Source: Lingula anatina (taxonomy: Eukaryota; Animalia; Brachiopoda). From it: a DNA stretch of 64,000 bases. The position numbers were made by a program, and so were the translations under genes. This document shows positions 26,401-41,190 of the stretch, in pieces. Where the stretch lies: positions 6,882,001 to 6,946,000 of the forward strand of contig CM120645.1 of assembly GCA_051362555.1 (NCBI GenBank), given 5' to 3'. Position 1 is the first letter of the stretch. Each line of letters starts with the position of its first letter. The notes beneath the pieces are model-generated. The model did no database searches. It saw only the letters and a list, made by a program, of their open reading frames with translations, and was not told where the DNA came from.

Positions 26401-29400
26401 AAGAGACATTATTTCCGCTCATAACAGATAGTTTAGATAAAAGACTATTGGGTTGGGTTTAATTATCTGTATTATGTTTCACTGAATAAGAATAGGAATG
26501 TTTCGCTAACGGCTTACAAGAGAGACAGATGTCTTACCACTGCTGAAATACGCAGCCATTCCACCGCTAGAAGTCGCTTCGTTACTCCGGAAGTGGACAA
26601 CAAGACGGTTAGTTGTAGAAGTTAGAGTGCCAGGGTTTGTGGCACCGCAATACCGTCCTATGACAGCAGCAGAGGTCCAGTTCTCAAATGAGCCCATCCC
26701 TATGTCTCTAACTTCCACGTAGTCGTTTTCACAATCCACAGAATCTTCAAGCTGGAAGATAATATTCTTCTGAAACTTTACCTCATTACATATTTTGAGC
26801 AATTAGTAAATAAATTAATGGATGATTTAACCGATTGATCATTTCCAACACCAATTCCTCGACAAAAATTTGCTCATTTAGCCTTAAATTTTAATCGATA
26901 CCGTATATAATTAATCAACGTAATTAATTAACCCTTACACTGAAATCAGTAAATGTCAGTCTGACGGCAAAGCCCTCAGGGACGGTGATCCACCAGGTAC
27001 AGTTCAGGTTGGGTCCATACTGGGTGGTCGGGTGACCAAAGGAACGCAAGTGACCAAAGTGGCCAGTCAGAGCCGCTGGAGCCTCACAGGCTAAAACGCG
27101 AATAATGGGTGATAATAAAAATTTTAAAAAGCTGTTATTCTTGTAATAGCCTTGCCAGATTCCAACGAAATAACGCTGTTTCTACATGCCCAAACGCCAC
27201 ATCTAATCCGTTTAATTGTCGTGTCTCAAAGTCAGCGTTATACTTTCACACAGAAAATTTGATTTTCCTGGAAATTTAAAAATATTTCTCTAAAAAGTCA
27301 TCAAAGTATACCACATCTTAAACTGTTGACAAAATGCCGATAAAAATAGAAAATAAAGGCTCAAAAAACGTGTATATAGATTGTATATTTCTTAACAGTT
27401 TTGGCTTTGGAGTATTTTGGTGATAAAAGAAAAACTGCTAATTTTTTTTAAAAAGTCAGCTTTGTTTCTCCTTCTCTTACATATATATAGAGGAGTCGAA
27501 CACACTTTTGTCTGAATTACGTAGCATGCTTTTATCGACCAAAGATGCAAAATATACAGCCACCATTTTCAGGTAAGAAATTAGTGAAAAGCAGCCTTAC
27601 ATGCATTCGTTATGTCATAGCAGTATATCCCAATGTCGTGACCGTGTCCACAATGCGTCATTCCAAAGCCGTATCTCGGGCAGTCTTGGATGTGAGCCAG
27701 GGAGCAGGAATCTCGTAACCGCAGCCACACGTTCCCCGAGCCTGACGAGACGGTAGCAAGTTTTCCGTCATCAAACCCAAGCTGCCTGTGGTGATAATAA
27801 GTGTACTTTTGTACGACGGAACAAGTATATATAGTGATGTACTTTTTAGGTAGGACTACACCAGCCCGTGTATGTTTATATGCCAAAGCAAGTAGCTTTA
27901 TTGCGAGGTACTTTTACAATTACCAATTTTTTCATTTTGGCAATGTGGATCGTATGATTTAATGCAACCAAAAAGTCCAAAGTAATTTACGTACCGTTTT
28001 CTTCGCGTGCGCGTGCACTCACTCAAGTTTGATTACTTAGAGCAGCTATCAGTAGTATGGCAAGAATAGAAGTCCGCTAGGAACCGTAGTCCATTCCCCA
28101 TTACTTTGTACAGGTGACACTCGTCCCATAATCTATCCCCAATACGCCAACTTACCCCTACCTGTACCAATCATATGGGATCCCGGACTTTCATTCCTAT
28201 GACTACCATTTCTGTCACACCGGTACACGCACCTGCTAATCGTCACAATTAAGAAAAGTTGAAATTAATCCAGTTTACCTGCAAATAATACCAGCATGCT
28301 CCGTGGTCATTTGGACTTTACATACAGTTCCCCATATCTCGTCAATGGACATTTCAACTCGGCCTTCATATAAATGGCCGTGGGCCAGTCGAAACTCTAT
28401 CCCGCCATAATCTAAAAGATTAAAACAGTAGACTTTAGAATAGTTTTCTATACCTTGTATTTGTTTAAAAAAAAACTAATTTGCGTTAAAATTGTCTGTT
28501 TCAATACATGTCTTCTATCCCATCTGCTTCCTTAATGATAAAATTAATAATTATAATCATCAGATTTTTGCTGTCGTCCATCCAAAGTATTGATCTCAGG
28601 TCTCAGGAAAGTAATTCCCATAAGACATCAAAGTTCCCCTTTAATTAAGACACAGTTCATAAGATGTTTTGGTTTATCAAACCTTGTAATTATTCTTTCA
28701 AACATGCTGTAATGACGCCTCAAACGATATGATAAGTTATGAAAAACGAATTATGTTTTGAAGTGATAGCAGTTAACTTGGATATTATTCACTGGGAAAT
28801 GATAAATCGCTACTTTTTGTTACATCTTATTTCTTTAATAAGTTCAAGCAAATGATGGGTCAAACAATGAATTATTTAGTTAAGTCTAAATAATAAACTG
28901 TAACAAGAAAGCGAATAAAAAATAGAGTTATATATTTTCAGATGTGCTTACACTAGGACTATCTTAGACCGATAAAAGGCTACGCCAGGTGACTACATGT
29001 ATTTCCTGTCTAAACTAACCCACACGTTGAGTATTACTTTCAAAACGTACCTGATTTCTGGAAGCAAAATGCCGCAGCAGGAGTTGAAGAAGTTACATCG
29101 CAGTATCCAGGTTCGGGGCGAATATTTCCAAATACCTTATCACAGTCCTTAACGCTGGATTCGGATCCGTTGCAGGAGACATTGACGTAGTACACAGGGT
29201 AGTTTGCTGAATATGTTAATTCGGGATCGCTCATTCCTCGCTTATAGCCAAAGTTTCGGCACAAAACGTCGGCGTCGACATCGTCCCAGCCTTGCTTGCA
29301 TATGACCCCGGCATACCGCCCATAGGTGACCTCGACACGGCCGTAGTAGGAGCTGTGAAGTCGAAAACTCGGCACTGAAAATCGCAATCGAAATCGTAAC

Positions 29401-32400
29401 CGTATCAACAGGTTTTATTGAAATAGAAAAATTAAGCATTTAAATAGAGGAACGCCTTCTTCGTTCACACAAGTTGTGTGCGCTTTCCATTCACGTTCAA
29501 GTTAACTTCAGATAGTGATTAAATAGTGCTTTGATACTTGGATGTACTAAAATCATATCTGTAGCTTAAGAAGAGCAGCTATTCAGAAATATTGATTAGA
29601 CAATGATTAAAAACTACACTTTCACTCAAATTGAATGTTATGATTCACCCAATTTTTTTTTTATATAAAATAATGAAAAATTGAATCTGAAACTGGATCT
29701 TACTTGAAACAAGTTATACTACGTTTCGGCCTTAACTCCTGTGATGACCAAAGTGTCTTATTCGAAGAAGTCATCATCAATATCCCAAGCTGTCTTACCT
29801 GGCACCGAGTCGCTGTTCCAGCAGTAAAGAAAGATGTCGTCATCGTTGGACCATTCATTTTCTTTTCCCGGCGGTTCTCTGGTACAGTTTTGGAGGGACA
29901 GCTCGTCGCCAGTGCAGGTAACGTTATGGTACCAGACGGGCCGGGTGCTTCTGCTGTACGGATTACCGTGGATGCCAATCCCGACGTCATAGCCGAGCTC
30001 CCGACACGCTACTTTCACCAGCTGCGGAGATGGCCTTGGGACACTGACGGCCCCCCAGTCCCCGAACTGCATGACTTCCAGTCTCCCGTATGATGCAGTG
30101 TGGGCAAAGTCGCTGAGCCTTACATCTGAAAGAAGTAAACAGCTTTAGGTGATTTACTGGTAAATGACTAGAGACACCAAGACAGGAGTTGCGGAAAAAG
30201 GTGACAATTTCTTAACCTATCATCGCAGAATGGATGAATGTTTTTTTTTTCGTGAACGTGAGCATGTTACAGGATCTAAACGCGTGTTCATACTGCCCAA
30301 CCTACCGAACTGTCCCACGTTATTGGACTGGTAACAGAAGACACCGACCGAGCCGTCATTCCAATGGCATTCCGGATAGAACCCACCGCCCACTCCAGCG
30401 GAGGGACACTCCAACAAGGTATCCTCACTGCCAGCGCACACGGGGTCCTTCAGCCAAAAGATCTTGTGGCTGGAATCACGGCCGTAGAAACCAGCGGGAA
30501 AGTTTAGGGCGCCGTCGTAACCTAAACTGCGACACGCGACCAAGGCGTCCTCCCGCGTCCAGTTGGTATCGCAGACAAGTCCTTCAACGCCTTTGTAGGT
30601 CATGCGCACGTAACCGTAACTGCCATGGTTCAGCGTATACACTTCATCTGAAGAATTGTAAATTAGTGTAGACTTATATTACACAATAATCACTGATTGT
30701 TAGCCACAATTCCTATTTCATAGATCTGGACGTTAAAAATTTAAGCAATGACCCCTTTTTTTTGCTGATAATGGTTGGTAAAAGACTATTCATTTATACT
30801 TTGAACATATAGTTTTTGCGTTTCCAATTGGAATATCCCAATAATATTTTAATGATAAGCTTCTTTTAACTGTTTTTCAGTTCGGTTTGTTAATCCAGGT
30901 ACATGCATATGCAGCACTTAGAAGATTCCCCTGCTCTGCAATTATATGATCAAAATATGACAGATGAATTTACAGCAGCGGCAGTCCTTAGTACCTTGTG
31001 GTATAGAACTGTTGTAGCACACAACACTTGCAGAGTGGCCAGATGAGCATGAAGCGTCGGTGTGAGGGCAATCCAAGAGTCGAGCTTCGTTCCCCGTGCA
31101 CAACCAATCTGTTTTTGAGTCAGAGTGACCCCAGGGATCGCTTGACCCACAACAAACGGCATGTCCCGCGTTGAAGCCTCGCTCTCGACATACCACTGTG
31201 GCCTCGATGTCAGTAAAGTTCCCATCGCAAACTGGTCGTCGGTTGTTCCAACTTCCTTCCTTCCAAAATTCCACTCTCCCCCAATTTTCTCTGTAAACTA
31301 TACCTGCAGTATGCAATAAATAACCAGAATATTTGACAGCTTGTGACGAAAAGGAAAACGTAAAAGCTGAAATGCATCAAAGTTCCAAATAGTTCCATAT
31401 TATCTGTAGATTTGCCAGTATGTATTTCTTGGTGAATAGTGAAACTTCTTCTTTTGTATTCTTCCAGTAAATACAAAAGGTTTTTGAAAGAAAATAGCGA
31501 AGTTTGCAGGCTACCTACTGTTGTTTACACTCTCCGAACAAAACACGGCGACGTCTTCGTGGTGACCACACAAATTCTCAGTCGGACCATAATAACGGCA
31601 ATTCAAAATCGAGTCTTCTGAGCCCGAGCATTGTGGGTAGCCGAAATAGGAGTTTCCTGAACCTTGACCATAGATTGAACTACTCGAAATTGGCATCCCA
31701 TCTAATAATATAAAAGGTACGTGAAAACACGACAATACAAAGATGCTCATTGTGACTAGTAAAAGTGCTGGCATGTCTCTAAAACAAGTATCCGCAACCT
31801 GGGTGTAAACATGGGCATCACCTGTCACTTTAGTCAACAGGAAGTGTCTGTTCTTTACATTATCATCAATTAAATGGAACTCCAAAACTTTCATTGTCAT
31901 ACCAGGATGCATTTCTACCGCGGACAACAGATTTTTAGAGAATATTTATTGCCTGCGCGGTAAATATCACAAGGTCGAGAAATGGAAAGAAAAAAGTTTG
32001 ATTTACAGAGTTAAATTAACTGTTCTTAAGACAACAGTTATTCAATTGGAACAAAATCCAGGGTCAAAACCCATTTACAATATATGCCATTGTTTTTGTC
32101 CTTCATTACCTATAAATCCCAGTTCCTTGCACAGAACTCTTGCGTCCTGCCAGTGCCAATGTCTGGAACAAATAGTGCCCCAATTTCCATCAATGGCCAT
32201 CTCCACGCGGCCATAATTTGGCCCAGGAACTAGACGAAATTCCGGTTCTGGGAACACATTTGAATAATTCATAATTACCTACTGGTAAAAACTACTCATA
32301 CAACAGTGATACCAACTGACTGCATGGTAATATATCCGAATACACGTACGGTGGTTTAAAAACTATTGCTTGATGTTAGGTTCTTCAAAAGATGGGATGC

Positions 32401-32967
32401 TTTTGACAGCATTTAAATTACACTCTGCGCCAATTTTCACGTAGAGAAACACCATCTTTGCTTTTTTGCATATTTCAGGACAACTTTTTTCCTTATGTTA
32501 TGAAGCTCATTGCACAATTCCACATTTCAATGATTTACTTTAAACTTTTTCACAAATTAAGCTGACTGTAAGTTCTTTAGAAAAAAAAACAAGAAGTAAG
32601 GGTCGTTAAAACAAAAACTACCTGAGACATTCCAGCAAAAAACAACTGCATCCTCACAATTCAATGACGAAAAATCTCCCCATTCGGTGATATTTAAATT
32701 GTCCAATGGAACACCTCCATACAAGCATGTCCCGATGTTGTCATGTGACCCATTCCCACATGACACCTGGTCAAAGTGGATTGGTCGAGATGCTTGGTGA
32801 AGCCACGTGTTCACGGATTTCCCTGTAGCGTAATTCAGCGACTTGCAGACGGCTGCTGCTTCAGAATCTGTGAAATCATTTCTGCATATTGTCCCCCACT
32901 GGTTGGTATCCTGACGCAAGACTTCCACTCTTCCAAACCACGACCCACTCAGCTGTGTTTGGATGCC
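20487..32967 (-). CDS. Multi-exon scavenger receptor cysteine-rich (DMBT1-like) mosaic protein: 7 SRCR, CUB, 2 PAN/apple, fibrinogen-like, EGF, PAN; 5' exon(s) not located
   Basis: SRCR exons (GRVEV..WGTIC..W..A.V.C..LG) at ~32622-32967, 32075-32247+31515-31700, 30993-31305, 30306-30647, 29799-30126, 29051-29374, 28279-28412+27600-27786. CUB at 26937-27090+26537-26751 (YGPNLNCTWWI, CENDYVEVRD, YCG, VHFRSN). PAN at 25535-25782 and 24878-25099. Fibrinogen-like start PKTCAEV..SGWY..YCD..GGGWTL at 23236-23389. EGF CANGGHC..CTCAKGFYGEKCE at ~21500-21620. Final PAN-like exon ends in a stop at 20487. Confidence 0.85.
21190..21445. repeat. Interspersed repeat copy 1 (~170-250 bp family)
   Basis: AGTC(T/C)GCTA.GAACCG.AGTCC.TTCCC..TACTTTGTACAGGTGACA..CGTCCCA...GACTT.CATTCCTA..ACTACCATT..TGTCAC; also at 28070-28220 and inverted at 34280-34430. 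Confidence 0.8.
28070..28220. repeat. Interspersed repeat copy 2
   Basis: Matches 21190-21445. Confidence 0.8.
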
Positions 32968-34279
32968 TAAAAGAGGGTAAAATATATCAAATGAAAAAAA
33001 AAACAAAAGAAAATAAAAAAGGAAAAAGAATTTATTAATTTTCTTGGCGCAGAAGACTATACTTCGACAAACGTGATCAGTCCTATTAAAGAAAACATTG
33101 CTTGTTTAAAATTATAAAAGAGACACGGCAAATGCCAATCATTACTGCAGACTTCTGTGAATAAATCTTGAACTGAAGTAGACCAATTTCTTTGGCTTAT
33201 TAGGATTAGACCAATTTTCAGGCTCAAATTTTGTTGCACAGGCGTATCCAGACCAACCTGGCTAGTAATGCAGAAAACAATACACAGCATAAAAATTAAT
33301 AAAATTAAAAATTAAAAAAATCAAGTTTACTTTTGAAAAAATGTGTCAATGTGAGCAGCGCGATATTTTAACTTGGTGAGTTTCCTTGGCCTACAGATTT
33401 CAGCAAGTTCACACAAATCAATGACCATCAACTTTAAAAATGGTCATAGCCGGAAGAAAGGCATATACTATTACAATGGTGTCTACATACACAAAAGGGG
33501 CAGATATTGCTGTACAAACTTACTTCTCTTTTTCAATAAAGTTTGTACAGTAAATTACACAGCTGATGAAGTTCTTTGCGTAGTCTACTTATCTTTTCAG
33601 ATGAAATATGAAATGAGCTTCAAAATTATAAGTCAACAGAAAAATATGACTTGTTTCTCTTTTAGTTATAAGATATAGATACTTTGAACGTTGCATCTGA
33701 CGAGACTTCAGGTAACAATAATATTTATGATACATATATTGACTGAGAGTCAAGTAAGTCTTTTGTCCCCTGTAAAATTGCGGTGATGACACGCACTCAC
33801 AGATGTACACATTCATCAAAAACATTTTGAGTAGTTATTTCCATTGAAAAAAAATAATAAAAGGTAATTGATGTTGCCTGAACTTCCGTTACAAAGCACA
33901 ATTAATGATTTACACTCTAAACTATCCATTTTAGGGCCCCATCTGGGACATTTTTTACTTATGCCATTCTATACATGTTACTGGAAACCATTCAATTTCT
34001 ATAATTCCGTTGTTTTATGACAATTTAACATCTGAACCTTAATATTCTTTCAGCTAACCAGCTGGTCTAGCCATTGCACTGACCGATGAATTTTACTAAG
34101 AAATTTCGATCGAAAATCGACTTCAAGTCCAAAATATTCGTTTGCTAAAATAAATAAATGAGACAAATGCTTTTTGTGGGCATGCCATTCCATAGAGCTC
34201 AAGCTGCATTCAGTACTGTTTTAACAAAGTCTGTATTTAGACTCATAACAGGAAGTCTGATTGCCTCGTAATCCCTGCC

Positions 34280-34430
34280 AGTGTGACAGGAATGGTAGCC
34301 CTAGGAATGGAAGTCCCGAAGTCCCATATTAGTACAGGTTAGGGTTGGTCGAAATATTAGGGTTAGTATATGGGACGAATGTCACCTGTACAAAGTAATG
34401 GGGAACGCACTACTGTTCTTAGCGGACAAC
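34280..34430. repeat. Interspersed repeat copy 3 (inverted)
   Basis: Reverse complement of 28070-28220 (GTGTGACAGGAATGGTAG...GTCACCTGTACAAAGTAATGGGGAA...TAGCGGAC). Confidence 0.8.
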
Positions 34431-35189
34431 CATTCCTGTAACACTGGTTTCACTTACGACCTTTATTCCAAAAATTGCACTGAACTCCAAGACGAAAATT
34501 TTACTCTACTTTGGCCCGAAATAAATCCATAGTACAAAAGAAAAGTAACTGCCAGTTATGAAATTAGTCGTACCTTTCTATTTATAAAACAGGCGCGATA
34601 TTTTAAGTAGACCAAAAAATAAATCAGACGTTGTAATTTATATAATCAAAACATAAAACTGTTACTTTCATATGTGAATTAAATAAATACATGCCCTACA
34701 AGGTAGTTCTGTACAAAAGTCATGGTTACGCAATCAGGAATTGTACAAAACATAAATCTGCTCATTAGCAAATCGATTTCGGTAGAGCTTGCCGCAAAGT
34801 GTTTCACCGCAGGGTAGTCTAGTCGAAGGGTTAATTTGGAATGCAATGCAAGAATTATTTCGTGACTAAAAGTCTTTAATATTGGTACATACCGTGAACA
34901 TCCTGTGAAAGAAATGCTACTATACAAACAACTAGGACTGCACACCATTCTGAGTCGGTGCTTTTCATTTTGTTCTGAAACTAGAAGATAAGGCGTATTA
35001 CAGGATGTGGTTTTGACCAAGGGATTATACAGTATATATATATACCAGTAATATTGTATATATTATCATATATAATTCCTTGTTTTGGTGTAATTAATGC
35101 AAGGATGTGCTAGTCATAGAGTACAAAGCAAGACGTTGGCGAAAATTGTTTGCATAATAACTGGAGGCAGTACTCCGTTTGATTGCGCC

Positions 35190-35876
35190 CATTGTTATGT
35201 AAAAAAAATGGGTCTGCTCTCGCCGGACAGCCATATAGATCAAAAATTGACATTTGACGTAACAAGCTACCGGGGTAACAGGAGCGTGTGTTCTCGTATT
35301 AGGCTCGCCTATGTCCTCCAAATGGTGCAATAATGTCAACCAATAGGTCTCACTGCGCATTAAAACACCCTTTGAATCCCTTGTCTTGTTATATTGAACG
35401 TCACAGTTGAATCCACGTTTACTCGATGTTATCTGAGTACATCCTTATGTAAATAGCTGAAAAATTTAATATGTGTGTTTAACTCCCCAAAATATCATTA
35501 TTAACTTGTTCGTTCTCCAGGGTCTGTACAATCACGGCATACCTATTTTGGTTTTGTTCTTATGGGAACAGTCAAATCCCAACCATATGTTATTGATTAG
35601 AAACACGGAAATATCAAATACTAATACAGATATTCATTGTTATTTGATTGTAACATTACGCCAGTAAAAAAATATAATGAATAATGTGCCATGGTGGATA
35701 ATTCATATAGCCATATTTCGCCACTTTGTTTAAATTCATACGAGCTGGATTTGATTTAATCCAAAGGCCATCAAAGTCGTGTACACGTTATTACTGTTTC
35801 CCATTATTTGCCTGAGACGAAAAGATAAGATGGGGGCCATGCGGAAGGTGAACTTTATATTCACCCTATTAAGTCC

Positions 35877-35913
<37 letters not shown>

Positions 35914-36385
35914 GATGACTACTCGTTACGAGCAATGTAACAAAATACAGCTCGCTGCCTGCAATGCAGAAAACAATAATTTCTCCCATCAGCGATTGGT
36001 TAATCTGGCTTATGAAAAATTAAGTTAAAAGAATACACAGGGGAAACATTCTTGAGTTTGTTCCTTGCGTGTTTGTACTTCCTATAGTTCTGAATCGTTA
36101 AAAATGATATGGTGTGCACATCTTTGTTTTTATTCAAAATAAATGTGTAAAAAAAATAATAAATAAATAACCGAAACTCCTACTTTCATGTAACCCGCAC
36201 AGTTTTCATATCTGACCTTGCGGTTCACAAGAAAAGGTTCACAGTAGAGTCTAATTTACCTGGAGTCAAATAAACTTTATGGCAACGGCATTCTGGGCTA
36301 TTGCTATGTAAAAAAAAAAATGGGTCTGCTCTCGCCGGACAGCCATAAATCAAAAATAGACATTTGACGTCACAAGCTAACAGGG
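35190..36385. repeat. Two ~85-bp direct repeats 1.1 kb apart
   Basis: TATGTAAAAAAAATGGGTCTGCTCTCGCCGGACAGCCATA...GACATTTGACGT.ACAAGCTA at ~35196 and ~36305. Confidence 0.8.
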
Positions 36386-39300
36386 GCCAAGCTCAATAGC
36401 TTACTTCAGGCATTTATTGAATTGTAAATTTCTAGTAGGTGAAAATGTATTATTTGCTTCTAACAAAAGGGAAGATTTAAACAAAGTTTAAAGTGTCATA
36501 TTGGGGCACGGCTTGGTTATCGTCTAAAGCAATGTGGTATTTAATTAAGGTTTGTAAATAACGAAGTATCTCAAAAAAACCCACAGTCGGACTGCAAATA
36601 ATTAAAACCTTTTGTCGAGCATATATACCCTTTCAAGTAAGGTTAATATTTGCGCAACATTTCCTTTTCATTCAAACTATCGATATCCGGTTAGTAAATA
36701 GCAAAGAATGTAAAAAACCCCATATCTTATTCAAAAATGTTCCTCTTGTTCTGAACATACGCATCAATCAATTCAAGCTAATATTTTTGCAAAATGTTTG
36801 CTTAAAACAAAGCAAGACATAAAGGTGAAAAAATGTCCAAAATCAAAAACAAAAACAAACGCATCAAAAAAAAACAAAAAAAAAAAAAAACGTTCAGACT
36901 ACACATACATACTTGTCCAGCATTAATGTATACTCATCTAAAAGAAACTATTATTCGTGCTGTTTCCTTTAAACGTCAAAAAATAAAAAACTTTGTTAAA
37001 CACGGTATCGATGAGAAGTTTGTACACAACAAAAACTGAAAAAAAAATTAAAAGTCTAACAGGAGAATGTTCCCCTTGCCCGTATATTTGTCGAAAGAAT
37101 TTAAACCTCAAATCTCTCAAAATCTTCTTTTCAAACAAGGTATTGTTTGTATTGTTTTGATTGTATTTGTTGTGTTTTACGTGCGCATGTGGCACATTCG
37201 GTAATTCTTGAAAGCGGTCCTTTGGATTAATATACTTCACGTTCAAAACTTAATGAACTGTTTCAATTATGTAGCAACAAAGAAAATTAACATGAAAATG
37301 CTGTGAAGTGATATTTGGAATGTTTATACCTAAATTCCATTGGTAACTAGTTTAAGGACAAAATGAAAGCTATCTTGTCTCATTAAAAATCCTATTGAAT
37401 GTGGGTTAGCGCGTGCATTTCGAAAATTTCTTTCGGAGATCGAAAAATATAAGAAATGAAATATGGAATGGAGAAAGATTCCATTGGAATTTATAAAGAA
37501 TGCAAAAGAATAATGTTAATCGTTGAGGTAAAAACGAAATTTGGAGTTTGCGAATTGACCATAACGACGATCGATTCCGTTCTAACAGAACGAAATTAAA
37601 GATTGGTTTTAAAACGTATTTCAAACAGCGTTTTAAATGAAGGAATAGGATTTTTAACATTGTGCATTTGTAGAAAAAGTATTTAAAGGTATCATCACCC
37701 GTCAATACTAGTTTCAATTTACATCAATATATCAGCAACTTTACAATTAAATTCATGTTTTGTTTTCTTTGTCACTAAAAAAGTAGTACTTGTAACACCC
37801 AACGTAATTCTCAAATGCAAGATTTATCTTGAACTTACTCACGTTTTCTTATTATGGGCGGTTGCCAAACTATAATCCCTCAGTCGTCAAAGTGTCGTCC
37901 ACAAAATCGCGTCTGTTGTTATTCAGAAGATTCCAATGAGTGGTCGTTGGCTTCCCTCACGCCTAAGGCACGTTTGACACTCGTTGTCTGTAGCTACCGA
38001 ATAATCATATAACGCATACACTTCTGTCTAGGCATCCCGTTTAGGAGTTTCAAATGTCGATAAGGTATTATCTCACGAGTCGCTTGTACTCGCGCATCAA
38101 TATTCCATTTAGCGTATCAAAATCAGTGCACAAAGGCATTAGCTTCATCTAAATGGATTCAGATTCTAAACAAGTCGCTTCCTTTGTTAAAACATAACTT
38201 TAGACTAAAAGCTTCGTAAATAAGCAGATTTTAATCACTGAACCGAAAATCTATTTTTCAAACAACCGTTTAACTATATGAATGCCTTCGGCCGTGGTCA
38301 ACAAACCAAGTGGAGCGAGTTTGCATAGTCCCTGCTCGTGGACGCCTCTGTAGGGGTATCGAGCGATTAAATTGGTCGACTTCCTGTATTCGTTCTATGG
38401 GATCAGACTTCAGGAAATCCGCAACGTCATAACGTCATGGCAACTTGGTGGCCATGTAACGAGATATTCTATAGGCACTCTGTAGGACTAAATCCAGGAA
38501 ATTCGCCAGAGAATTATCTCTCTTGTTCGCCTCGCGTTGTTGAACTGACCAGGTAAAAAGATATATATATATTTCTTTAATTGGTGTACTCTGGCCAGGT
38601 AGATCCTGCTTCAATACGTTTCTTTGAAAGAAATCGCGTTCTTGTATATTTTACGACCCCTGAAGATCGTGGTGACCAATGTAATTGTCAATTTTATTGA
38701 TAGTATTGCATGGGAATGGGATTACTAAGTTTCCCGATTAATCAAAACTAAACTGAAACAAACATATCGAGGACGATGGGGCTGTAGAAAAACAACAGCA
38801 ATTTTGATACTACTCACAATAAACTTCTATAATAGTGAAATGTATTCATTTTCGCAAGCCGGTGGTACAGTACGACCACATATATATAAATGTGCTTAAC
38901 CATCATTACCCATATACAGACTGTGTGCCCCTGTACATACCCTCTGACATCACAGAGGCCTCTAGCGCAGTATGCAAAATTGAAGAAGAGGTTGATTCAC
39001 CAAATTGGGAAGAGACTACTAGCGACCCGGGGTTCAGAGAGTACCTTATACGTACACTAATACAGATTGATGGATTTCATAAGTTTAGTCACCTCAGATA
39101 ATGCAAATCAAGCAGGGTTAGAGGTCTATGCTGTCATTAGAATTCTGTTGAATACCCTGACATCCAGAAGTCAATACAATTTTGTATAACCGTAAATAAA
39201 ATATTGTTGTATTTCGAGATTTCCGTTGCCTAACCTGGTCAATGTACGCATTATGCGGGGAGAATTTTCAATAGGGTCGACGTCTCGTTGACAAAACAGG

Positions 39301-41190
39301 CGACATACATGTTCGATAGCAGTTCCGCCCATTTGAATTACCGAACATCTGAAGAAATAAGATAAATCGCCAACAGGTTGGCGTTTTCTAAATTCTTTCA
39401 TTTCACGCATGCGCTACCTCAATTTATCATACCTTGGTGATAATTTGGTACTGGTATAGACGGAATTCTGTGAATTCTGCGAGAACAACAGTGAAACAAT
39501 TCAATTTAATGATATTTTGTGTTTTATTACCATCGTTTAATGTTCCAATTTTTCAAAATATAACATCACTAAATTTCTAAAGTAAGATTTGGTAAACATA
39601 GCTGTGGCTAACTGGCAAATACTAAACAAACGGAAATGGCATATTCAGGGAAGAGAAAACATACATTAGATCAACTCAAATGGCCTTACACGTCAAGCTG
39701 AATTTTCCAATACAGTACATTTAATTCAAATCATCTGAACTCGAATAAAATCTAATAAAAAAAAATGAAAACCGGAAGTGCTGATCAGTTATTTACACAA
39801 AAAATACATAAAGTAAATAAAATAAAATAAAAGTACACACAGCACTTAACTGGTACGCTGCATTAGGCCGTCTGTACTAAGTACATCAAATAATAGCACT
39901 GTGACAGAAATATATACAATCATATTCACAAAGTTAACGTAATCACATTAAGTTCAATTACTTGCCGTGAACTTAATAATTCACTAGACTACATAACTTA
40001 CAAATGTACAGAAATTCTACAAAAGGATCCACTGAACTACATGTAGTAACTTCAACAACGGTTACTGGAATAGCTAGGAGACAGAAGATCCCAATACACC
40101 AGACTCAACACAACTCGAACACTCTAGAACCGGGAAATGTGTTCCTTTACGCAAAGAATGGAGATAGACAGTGTTTATATACATTAAAGCCAATATCAAA
40201 GAAAATATCAGTATCCAAGCTAAAATTGAGATGAATGAGAATTTAATATATAATGGACCAATTAATGCGGGGCCTATACTGTACATCATACATATATACA
40301 TATACTACAACGATATGAAAACGAACCCCCAGGTGGATTTTACTACCCTGAGTGAAATGACATTCTACAATTAACACACTTCAAAGTCTAGTGTTTTATT
40401 TCAGTGTTAATCTGCTAAAGACACACTGTCATGACAATCATGATATATAAACTTTACTTTAGATCATAGTACTTACATCACTAGCAAGCCCAGTTACCAT
40501 AAAATCATGCAGTCAAATGTATCTCCGAATGTTCATTTATCTGAGATATGCCCACCAACTTGATGAAGTCACACATTTTATTGCATGTGGAACACTGTTG
40601 CCACATAATGATACCTATCCATTTTGATAAATACACTCATTTGGTGCACCTGACATAGAAACCATACTGCCAGAGGATGACAATTTCTTTGAAGACAAGT
40701 TTATTATGCACTTTGATGTTGTCACAAGGGACTGGAAATACTCTATGTTACCCAGTGTATGCAGGTACTAAATTGCAAATAAACTACTCATGTCTGGTTA
40801 GACCTGCGGGTAGGGTAGAGGGGGGGAGGGGGGGGGGCAGTGGGTTTGAACAAACCATCCTTTCGGCCAAAAAAAGTCCATTCAGAAGCAAGAGTTAATT
40901 CTTCATGTATGCCAAAATGTTAAAAGGTTTTAAAAAACTGGAAAAAAAATAACTGGGTATAATCCTGGTGACTGTTCCTTTTCCTCGTTTTAAACTCTCA
41001 TTCTATTATAAATACCATGACACACAACAGATGTGCACTTTTCAGAGAGTATGATGGCAGGTAAAACGGTAATGCTGATTGATATTCAACCTGCCAGCAC
41101 ATAACACATCTGCTTGCTTCCCTCCCCTAAAGATATTCCAAATGATACACAACCAATGAAGATGACTGATACATGTACACAAAAGTATTC

